A DNA stretch of 64,000 nt from Minisyncoccota bacterium (GTDB lineage Bacteria > Patescibacteriota > Minisyncoccia > Phycocordibacterales > UBA9973): assembly GCA_025453495.1 (NCBI GenBank), contig JALOQM010000001.1, forward strand, positions 155,161 to 219,160. The letters run 5' to 3'. The translations under genes were made by a program, and so were the position numbers. Below the pieces are notes generated by a model, which was not told the origin of the DNA, made no database searches, and saw nothing but the letters and a program-made list of their open reading frames with translations. Of this stretch, positions 57,090 to 64,000 are shown in pieces; position 1 is the stretch's first letter, and each line of letters starts with the position of its first letter.

Positions 57090-57496
57090 AAATCTATTTT
57101 GCAGGGTCGATACGAGGAGGTAGAGATGATGCAGCACTGTATGCAGAGATTATCAAGCTACTTGCTAATTATGGTGAGGTGTTGACGGAACACATTGGTC
57201 TTAAGGATCTTTCATCTTTGGGTGAAGAGCGAACTCCTCAAGACATTTACGAACGCGATATGGATTGGTTGCTTGGTGCCGATGTCCTCGTCGCTGAAGT
57301 GACGACGACGAGTCTCGGTGTAGGGTATGAAATCGGAGAAGCAGTTGCAGTCGGTAAGCGTATTATGTGTTTGTATCGCGAGCAGGAAGGTAAAAAATTG
57401 TCAGCGATGATCGATGGTAATCCAGAGCTCAAAGTCGTGCGCTACGAAGAAGTAAAAGAGCTCAAGAATGTCTTTGATTCATTTTTTAATAAATAA
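57086..57496 (+). CDS. 2'-deoxynucleoside 5'-phosphate N-hydrolase (DNPH1/Rcl)-like N-deoxyribosyltransferase-family protein
   Basis: MKIYFAGSIRGGRDD... N-terminus and ...VLVAEVTTTSLGVGYEIGEA... match the Rcl/DNPH1 signature. Confidence 0.65.
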   Translation: MKIYFAGSIRGGRDDAALYAEIIKLLANYGEVLTEHIGLKDLSSLGEERTPQDIYERDMDWLLGADVLVAEVTTTSLGVGYEIGEAVAVGKRIMCLYREQEGKKLSAMIDGNPELKVVRYEEVKELKNVFDSFFNK

Positions 57497-57501
57497 TTTT
57501 T

Positions 57502-58191
57502 ATGAAAAAAGGGAAACTCATAGTCATCGACGGGACAGACGGATGCGGTAAGGCGACACAAGCTGCGCTTTTAGTCAGTCTTCTTAAAAAAGAAGGATAT
57601 AAAGTAAAAACAATAGATTTTCCTCGTTACTATGATAATTTTTTTGGAAAATTAATTGGTGAATGTCTGGCGGGTAAGCATGGTAATTTTCTTGCCGTCG
57701 ATTCGCATATTGCATCTGTATTATATGCAGCCGACCGATTTGAATCAGGTGCAATCATAAAGAAGTGGGTCGAACAAGGATATATAGTTGTTACTGATCG
57801 ATACGTCAGCTCAAGTCAAATTCATCAAGCAGCAAAAATTAAGAATAAAAAAGAAAGAAAAAAGTTTCTTGATTGGCTAGACCAAATGGAATATGAAGTA
57901 TTTAAGATTCCTAAGCCAGATATGGTTATGTACCTTGATGTCTCAGTAGAGCTGAGTCAAAAGTTAATGAGAAACAAGGATCAGGCCTACAAGAAGAGAT
58001 ATCTCGAGGGGTCTTTTGATCAGGCAGAAAATGATATAAAGCACCTAACTGATTCAAAGAAAAATTCACGCGATTTGATTCGTGAGTATGGCTGGGTGCA
58101 GATTGATTGCACAAGTAGAGGCAAGATGTTATCAAGAGAAGATATTGCGGAGAAAATCTACGCAAAAATAAAGCCGCTAGTGAAGAAATAA
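57502..58191 (+). CDS. tmk: Thymidylate kinase
   Basis: MKKGKLIVIDGTDGCGKATQ (P-loop) ...VVTDRY... LID region. Confidence 0.9.
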   Translation: MKKGKLIVIDGTDGCGKATQAALLVSLLKKEGYKVKTIDFPRYYDNFFGKLIGECLAGKHGNFLAVDSHIASVLYAADRFESGAIIKKWVEQGYIVVTDRYVSSSQIHQAAKIKNKKERKKFLDWLDQMEYEVFKIPKPDMVMYLDVSVELSQKLMRNKDQAYKKRYLEGSFDQAENDIKHLTDSKKNSRDLIREYGWVQIDCTSRGKMLSREDIAEKIYAKIKPLVKK

Positions 58192-59879
58192 TGTCAATTA
58201 CCAACCAACTCAAAACAATAATCATAGAACTTTTGACCGAACTCGGGATTGAAAATCCGAGCGTATCCTTTGAGCATCCGACCGAGCTTGTGCATGGTGA
58301 CTATTCGACGAATGTCGCGATGGTATATGCCAAAGAACTCAAGAAAAATCCTCGTGTACTTGCAGAAGAGGTCAAGAAATACATACAGAATCAGAAACCA
58401 GATACGATTGAGAATATAGAAATCGCTGGTCCAGGGTTTATTAATTTCTTTCTCTCAAAGCAGTTTTTTGTCGATAGTTTGAAGCACATTATTCGCGAAG
58501 GTGATCAGTTTGGTAGCAATCAAGATGGCGCTGGGAAGAAAGTACTAGTCGAGTATTCGTCACCAAATATCGCAAAACCCTTTACCGTTGGCCATTTACG
58601 CTCGACGATTATCGGTGACGCGGTCGCGAATTTGCTTGCTTTTAGCGGCTATACGGTTATTCGTGACAATCATCTTGGCGATTGGGGGACACAGTTTGGC
58701 AAACTGATTGTCGCGATCAAGAAGTGGGGAGATTTTGAGGCAATCAAAAAAAGCCAAACACCGATCAAAGAGCTCGTCGATTTGTATGTGAAATTCCATG
58801 ATGAGGCAGAAAAAGACGCTTCACTTGAGGATGAAGGACGCGCATGGTTTACCAAGCTCGAACAAGGCGACAGTGACGCGCGTGCGCTGTGGCAGATGTG
58901 TGTCGCACTTTCGATGCAAGAATTTGATCGTATCTATGCACGGCTTCGTGTGAGTGCATTTGATACTGCTCTTGGTGAGAGTTTTTTTGAAGATAAGATG
59001 GCTGCGGTGCTTGTTGATGTAAAAGCAACAAATATTGCCAAAGAATCCGAAGGCGCATATCTTATCTTTTTTGACGAAGAAAAGACGAAATTACCACCAC
59101 TTATGCTCACTAAGAAAGACGGTTCATCGCTCTACGCCCTTCGCGATCTTGCCGCTGATCGCTATCGCAGAGAGACATATGGTACTGATATCACAATCAT
59201 CAATGAAGTCGGTGCTGAGCAGTCGCAGTATTTCCGTCAGATATTTGAAGCAGAAGAACTGCTCGGGTATTTCCCGAAGTCACAGCGCGTGCATATCGGA
59301 CATGGGCTCTATCGCTTTGCGGAAGGGAAGATGTCGACACGCAAAGGCAATGTCATTTGGCTTGATGATATATTGAACGAAGCAGAAAAGCGCGCTGGTG
59401 AACTCAATGAAGCAACAAAGACTGATGTCGCACTCGCGGCGATTAAGTTCAATGATCTCAAACGTGAAGCAATCAAAGATATTGTCTTTGATTGGGATGA
59501 AATACTCAACCTCCATGGCGACACTGGACCGTATCTGCAGTATGCGCATGCACGTTGTGTATCAGTGCTTGAGAAAGCACGTGAGTCGCTTATTGAGCCG
59601 GTTGCAACAGATACACTACAGCAAGCAGGGTCAGTAGAGAAACTTGTCTATCGTTTTCCGGAAATAGTCTCTCGTGCGACTAGTGAGTATGCACCGCATT
59701 ACATTGCGACGTATCTCATCGAGCTTGCGCATGCGTTTTCTACTTACTATGCTGAGACAAAAATTGTTGATCCTGAAGATCATCTTTCTCCGTATAAAGT
59801 CGGTCTCACAAAGGCAGTCAAAATAGTTTTAAAAAATGGGCTGTCTCTCCTTGGTATTCCGACACCAGAGAAGATGTAA
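58191..59879 (+). CDS. argS: Arginyl-tRNA synthetase
   Basis: 562 aa; ...SSPNIAKPFTVGHLRSTIIGDAV... (HIGH-type motif) and C-terminal DALR anticodon-binding region. Confidence 0.9.
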   Translation: MSITNQLKTIIIELLTELGIENPSVSFEHPTELVHGDYSTNVAMVYAKELKKNPRVLAEEVKKYIQNQKPDTIENIEIAGPGFINFFLSKQFFVDSLKHIIREGDQFGSNQDGAGKKVLVEYSSPNIAKPFTVGHLRSTIIGDAVANLLAFSGYTVIRDNHLGDWGTQFGKLIVAIKKWGDFEAIKKSQTPIKELVDLYVKFHDEAEKDASLEDEGRAWFTKLEQGDSDARALWQMCVALSMQEFDRIYARLRVSAFDTALGESFFEDKMAAVLVDVKATNIAKESEGAYLIFFDEEKTKLPPLMLTKKDGSSLYALRDLAADRYRRETYGTDITIINEVGAEQSQYFRQIFEAEELLGYFPKSQRVHIGHGLYRFAEGKMSTRKGNVIWLDDILNEAEKRAGELNEATKTDVALAAIKFNDLKREAIKDIVFDWDEILNLHGDTGPYLQYAHARCVSVLEKARESLIEPVATDTLQQAGSVEKLVYRFPEIVSRATSEYAPHYIATYLIELAHAFSTYYAETKIVDPEDHLSPYKVGLTKAVKIVLKNGLSLLGIPTPEKM

Positions 59880-60533
59880 ATGAAAAAAAAGAAAGTAATA
59901 ATTTTTGATATGGATGGAGTGCTTTTTGACTCTATACCATTTGCGGAGAAATATTTCCTTGAGAGGCACCCCGGGGTTACATCGAAAATGTATAGAGAGC
60001 TTTCCTCTGGAAATTATCTTGAAGAAGTTAAAAAATATTCTAATTTCAAAAAAAACTACACGCCGGAAGATGAAAAAAAATCAGCTGAATGGTATACGGA
60101 ACAGAAAAAAAGAACTCCTTTATTTAAAGGTATTGAAGAGTTATTAGCAGACTTGCATGCCAAAAGTTACATACTTGCACTAAATACGAGTGCGTATAAA
60201 GAGAAGTGTCTCCCACTCCTTATTCATTCAAGAATTGAGCAAATGTTTGATTTTATTGGAACTGCAGAAGTCGCCAAAACAAAGGTTGAAAAATTCAATT
60301 TAATTCTACGTAAATATAAAGTTGGGAAAGAGGATATCGTTTTTGTAACTGATTCCTTAGGAGATCTTAAGGAGGCGTATATATCACATATTCCCACAAT
60401 TGCTGTTACCTGGGGTGTTCATGACAGAAAGCATTTTCTTGATCCACAATATTCAAATTTGATCAAAATTGTGGATACGGTTGAAGATTTGAGAGATACT
60501 ATCTTTGGTGTTTTTGCGTTAGAAAAAATATAG
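59880..60533 (+). CDS. HAD-superfamily hydrolase (beta-phosphoglucomutase-like)
   Basis: VIIFDMDGVLFDS (DxDG motif I); 217 aa. Confidence 0.8.
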   Translation: MKKKKVIIFDMDGVLFDSIPFAEKYFLERHPGVTSKMYRELSSGNYLEEVKKYSNFKKNYTPEDEKKSAEWYTEQKKRTPLFKGIEELLADLHAKSYILALNTSAYKEKCLPLLIHSRIEQMFDFIGTAEVAKTKVEKFNLILRKYKVGKEDIVFVTDSLGDLKEAYISHIPTIAVTWGVHDRKHFLDPQYSNLIKIVDTVEDLRDTIFGVFALEKI

Positions 60534-60544
60534 CTTGCAAATTC

Positions 60545-60820
60545 TCTCATGCACGCTAGTATGAGGGTACAAGCGACGACGAGGGTATCACCTCGTCTGC
60601 CCGCGCCAAAAGCGGGTAAAGCTTCGGGAAGAACTGTCCGCCGACGCCAAAGCTTCGGCGAGACACAATAGACCCCGACGGGTAAGCCCGTTAGCGCTGT
60701 AAATAAGCATCCGCCTATGCGAAAGCTACAGCGTGATAAAACAAGGTGGTACCGCGGGATGAAACTCGCCCTTGGATTATGATGGTTATCGTAATTCGTG
60801 GGCGATTTTTATTTTTTTTA
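60545..60820 (+). promoter_or_regulatory. T-box riboswitch leader (Ile-specific, specifier AUC) with intrinsic terminator, upstream of ileS
   Basis: Hairpin GACGAGG-GTATCAC-CCTCGTC with AUC followed by a purine in the loop (~60578-60598). Conserved T-box sequence AAGGTGGTACCGCGG at ~60743-60757. Terminator CTCGCCC...GGGCGA followed by T10 (~60765-60820). Confidence 0.6.
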
Positions 60821-60823
60821 TAT

Positions 60824-63800
60824 ATGGAAAACAAACAAAATCAAACAGACAAATCAACAACAGCACTTCGTTCCGCTGACGCAAAATCCGCTATGGCTGA
60901 CAGGGAGGAAGCAATATTGAAGCTTTGGGAGGAAAAAGATATTTTTACAAAGACTCTTGAAAAAGAATCACCAAAAGGAGAATTCGTTTTCTACGAAGGA
61001 CCACCAACTGCAAATGGCAAGCCAGGCATTCATCATCTCGAAGGTCGTGCCTTTAAAGATGCGATCCCGCGCTACAAGACAATGCAAGGGTATCACGTGC
61101 GTCGCAAAGGTGGCTGGGATACGCATGGTCTACCAGTGGAACTTCAAGTCGAAAAGAAGCTCGGATTGAAATCGAAAAAAGAGATTGAAGCCTATGGTAT
61201 TGCGAAGTTTAACCAGGAATGTAAAGAGAGCGTTTGGGAATATCGCGACATCTGGGAGAAATTTACGACTCGTATCGGGTATTGGGTGGATCAGAAAGAT
61301 CCATATGTAACCTATGACAATGGATATATTGAATCCTTGTGGAGTGTGCTTGCGCATGTCGAGAAAAAAGAACTTCTCTATAAGGATTACAAAGTGGTGC
61401 CGTGGTGTCCTCGCTGTGGCACTGCGCTTTCTTCACACGAGCTCGCGCAGGGTTATGAAGATGTGAAGGATTTGTCTGTGTATGTGAAGTTTAAAGTCGC
61501 TGGACAAGAGAATACCTATTTGCTTGCATGGACGACGACACCATGGACATTGCCTGGCAACGTCGCGCTTGCGGTGGGTAAGGATGTTGAATATGTTGTT
61601 GTTCAGCATATTGGCACAACTGTTTTTACTACCGATGATGGAAATTACAAACCTCCTACTTTAGAGAAACTAATTTTATCAAAAGATGTCTTTGTAAAAG
61701 AAGATAAAAAGGTTAATCCTACCGACCCACAAAGTAAAAAGTATTTTTTTGGTGATCTCAATAATATTTATGAAATTGTTGGTGAACATAAAGGAAGTGA
61801 TCTCATAGGTTTCTCATATATACCACTCTATCCATTTCTCAAAGACAATCTGCCTGAAAGCGAAAAAGCCAAGCTCGATCGCGCATTCAAAATCTATACT
61901 GCTGATTTTGTCACGACGACGGACGGCACTGGTATTGTGCATATTGCGCCAATGTACGGCAATGACGACTTCGATCTTGGGACAAAAGAAGGGCTCCCGA
62001 AATACCACATCGTAAACGAAGATGGCACATTTAAGTCGGAGACGGGATTTCTTACTGGACAATTTGTAAAGGAAGAAACTGTTGCAGTTTCTGTAATCAA
62101 AGATCTTGCGTCACGTGATCTCCTTTTCAAAAAAGAAAAATACGAGCACAGCTATCCGCATTGCTGGCGTTGTAAGACACCGCTTATCTACTACGCTCGT
62201 GATTCGTGGTATATTCGCATGTCATCACTCAAGAATACGCTTGTAGAAGAAAACAAGTCGATCAATTGGGAGCCTGCGCATATACAAGACGGTCGTTTCG
62301 GTGAGTGGTTGAAGGACATAAAAGATTGGGCTATTTCACGTGAACGCTACTGGGGTACACCGCTTCCGATTTGGGAAACTCTAGATCGAAGTGAGCGTAT
62401 TGTTGTCGATTCGCTCGAGACACTTAAAAAGTATGTCAAAAAATCAGGTAATACCTACTTTGTCATGCGGCACGGTGAATCTGAGAACAATCTCACACGG
62501 ACGATTTCTGTCGTTGCTGATGCGCCCGATCATCTGACTGAGAATGGAAGAGTGCAAGTGCGTACATCAGCAAAGCAGTTGCAGCAAGAAGGATTTGATC
62601 TTATTATCGCATCACCATTTGTACGCACGAGAGAAACAGCAGCAATTATGGCAGAAGTACTTGGTATTCCAAATGAATCAGTTGTCATTGATGAACGTCT
62701 CAGCGAAATGAATCCAGGTGACTTTGGTGGTACAACATGGAAGGAATATCACGAACGTATCCCAAAGACAGTAGAGAATTTCAAAACAGCGCTTCCTGGT
62801 GGTGAATCATATCAACAAGTAAAACAGCGTATTGGTGAAATGTTGTATGGTCTTGAAGAAAAATATCAAAATAAAAAGATACTGTTGGTTACCCATGGAA
62901 GTCCTTTTTGGACACTGTCTGCAGTGATCAATGGACATACTCCACAACAAGTTATTGACATGCTTGCAATGGATGATGAATTGCGTTTTATTAAAAATGC
63001 AGAACATAGAAAACTAGATTTTGCTCCATTGCCACACAATGCGGAGTATGAGCTTGATCTGCATCGTCCTTTCATTGATGACATCGTGCTTGTAAAAGAT
63101 GGTAAAGAGTATCACCGTGTAAAGGAGGTAATGGATGTGTGGTTTGATTCAGGTGCTATGCCGTTTGCACAAGACCATTATCCTTTTGCAAATAAAGAAT
63201 GGGTAGAAGGTCCAGGGTATCCAGCAGACTTTATATCTGAAGGTGTTGATCAGACACGTGGATGGTTTTATACACTGCACGCTGTCGGTATCCTTATGGG
63301 CAGAGGATATGCGTATAAAAATGTCATCTGTCTCGGACATATTCTCGATGCAGAAGGCAAGAAAATGTCTAAGTCACTCGGAAATGTTGTCGATCCGTGG
63401 ATTATGATGGACAAATACGGTGTCGATACACTGCGTCTGTGGATGTACTCAGTCAATCAACCAGGTGATTCAAAGAATTTCGATGAGCGGACAGTTGCGG
63501 AACTCCACAACAAAATTTTTAACCTGCTATATAATGTCGTTTCATTTTATGAGCTCTATCGTGATACATCTCTTGAGGATACGGCCTTGTCGACATCAGT
63601 GCATGTGCTTGATAGATGGATCACGGCACGTCTTGATGAGCTCACCGAAAAAGTAACAAAAAATCTTGACGCATTTAAACTCCTTGAACCAGTGCGCGAA
63701 ATCCGCACGTTCATCGATGATCTTTCAACATGGTATGTCCGCCGTTCACGTGATCGTATGAAAGATGGCGATACGGCAGCAAAGCAGACACTGTATGCTG

Positions 63801-64000
63801 TGCTCAAAAAACTCATCATGATTATGGCGCCGTTTGCCCCATTTGCCACAGAAGACCTCTGGCAGAAACTAAAGACTACAAACGACGTCGAAAGTGTGCA
63901 TTTGGCAAAGTGGCCTGATACAACTGAGTTTTCTCAAGAAGAGATAGCTCGTATGCAAGAAGTCCGTATGGTTGTCTCAAGTGGTCTTGAAGCACGACAA
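60824..64000 (+). CDS. ileS: Isoleucyl-tRNA synthetase, 3' end beyond window; carries an in-frame inserted domain of about 190 aa resembling a histidine phosphatase (PGAM superfamily)
   Basis: MENKQNQ...PPTANGKPGIHHLEGRA (HIGH)...WAISRERYWGTPLPIWE ... [..NTYFVMRHGESENNLTRTI...LLVTHGSPFW...] ...DLHRPFIDDI...DVWFDSG...GKKMSKSLGN (KMSKS). Single open frame with no stops; start is approximate to within 1 nt. Confidence 0.85.
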   Translation, partial: MENKQNQTDKSTTALRSADAKSAMADREEAILKLWEEKDIFTKTLEKESPKGEFVFYEGPPTANGKPGIHHLEGRAFKDAIPRYKTMQGYHVRRKGGWDTHGLPVELQVEKKLGLKSKKEIEAYGIAKFNQECKESVWEYRDIWEKFTTRIGYWVDQKDPYVTYDNGYIESLWSVLAHVEKKELLYKDYKVVPWCPRCGTALSSHELAQGYEDVKDLSVYVKFKVAGQENTYLLAWTTTPWTLPGNVALAVGKDVEYVVVQHIGTTVFTTDDGNYKPPTLEKLILSKDVFVKEDKKVNPTDPQSKKYFFGDLNNIYEIVGEHKGSDLIGFSYIPLYPFLKDNLPESEKAKLDRAFKIYTADFVTTTDGTGIVHIAPMYGNDDFDLGTKEGLPKYHIVNEDGTFKSETGFLTGQFVKEETVAVSVIKDLASRDLLFKKEKYEHSYPHCWRCKTPLIYYARDSWYIRMSSLKNTLVEENKSINWEPAHIQDGRFGEWLKDIKDWAISRERYWGTPLPIWETLDRSERIVVDSLETLKKYVKKSGNTYFVMRHGESENNLTRTISVVADAPDHLTENGRVQVRTSAKQLQQEGFDLIIASPFVRTRETAAIMAEVLGIPNESVVIDERLSEMNPGDFGGTTWKEYHERIPKTVENFKTALPGGESYQQVKQRIGEMLYGLEEKYQNKKILLVTHGSPFWTLSAVINGHTPQQVIDMLAMDDELRFIKNAEHRKLDFAPLPHNAEYELDLHRPFIDDIVLVKDGKEYHRVKEVMDVWFDSGAMPFAQDHYPFANKEWVEGPGYPADFISEGVDQTRGWFYTLHAVGILMGRGYAYKNVICLGHILDAEGKKMSKSLGNVVDPWIMMDKYGVDTLRLWMYSVNQPGDSKNFDERTVAELHNKIFNLLYNVVSFYELYRDTSLEDTALSTSVHVLDRWITARLDELTEKVTKNLDAFKLLEPVREIRTFIDDLSTWYVRRSRDRMKDGDTAAKQTLYAVLKKLIMIMAPFAPFATEDLWQKLKTTNDVESVHLAKWPDTTEFSQEEIARMQEVRMVVSSGLEARQ

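Noticed and set aside
60957-61169. Track ORF 60957..61169(+) inside ileS
   Set aside because: It is an alternate-frame ORF. The ileS frame is continuous with HIGH and KMSKS motifs.
62440-63020. Intein in ileS
   Set aside because: The insert shows RHG/THG histidine-phosphatase motifs. It lacks the Hint-domain blocks (no N-terminal Cys/Ser after the splice junction, no C-terminal HN) and has no homing-endonuclease motifs.
1-64000. rRNA genes and alternative genetic code (UGA recoding)
   Set aside because: No 16S/23S/5S-like conserved stretches were seen. Long housekeeping ORFs (argS, glyA, malic enzyme, ileS) are intact with standard stops, so the standard code (table 11) fits.
1-64000. Exact base-level coordinates of hand-derived features
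   Set aside because: Cross-checking my manual position counts against the ORF track showed occasional 1-nt offsets. tRNA, terminator and internal-start coordinates should be treated as approximate to within 1-2 nt.

Overview
This 64-kb window comes from a low-GC bacterium with a compact genome and the standard genetic code. Several features (small genes, many hypothetical proteins, SecE-NusG-L11 with no L1 after it) suggest a Patescibacteria/CPR-like organism, but that is inference.

The ends are housekeeping loci. The left end has mutM (partial), ruvA, rpsT, a malic enzyme and an M16 peptidase. The right end has rplS, secE-nusG-rplK, a dTMP cluster (folA-thyA-glyA, two N-deoxyribosyltransferase-like genes, tmk), argS, a HAD hydrolase, a T-box leader and ileS (partial).

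Between about 8.4 and 37 kb lies a mosaic accessory region with strongly varying GC content. Its main parts are:
- an AT-rich block (Ntn-hydrolase-like, SemiSWEET);
- a same-strand array of small genes, including a class A beta-lactamase-like gene, each separated by a conserved modular 100-160-bp intergenic repeat, which gives the array a cassette-like look;
- a GC-rich operon encoding a ParB-N/DNA-methyltransferase fusion, a second methyltransferase and three unknown proteins;
- a 2042-aa SpvB/FG-GAP/RHS (Tc-toxin BC-like) polymorphic toxin with a candidate PD-(D/E)xK tip and a downstream immunity gene;
- a highly structured GC-rich intergenic RNA candidate;
- a HEPN-like gene;
- a large serine recombinase next to two ComEC-type metallo-beta-lactamase-fold proteins and a membrane protein, ending at lexA and tRNA-Ser.

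A short motif (CCACTCGGG) occurs immediately upstream of the serine recombinase gene and recurs at the cassette-array junctions. A truncated copy of the recombinase C-terminus sits next to tRNA-His.

The ileS gene carries an in-frame insertion of about 190 aa that looks like a histidine-phosphatase (PGAM superfamily) domain, between the ISRERYWGTPLPIW and DVWFDSG motifs.

Five tRNA genes were found (Arg x2, Ser, Val, His). No rRNA or CRISPR array was found.

Coordinates of features I derived by hand (tRNAs, terminators, internal start codons) may be off by 1-2 nt. All family and function calls rest on motifs read by eye and are unconfirmed.
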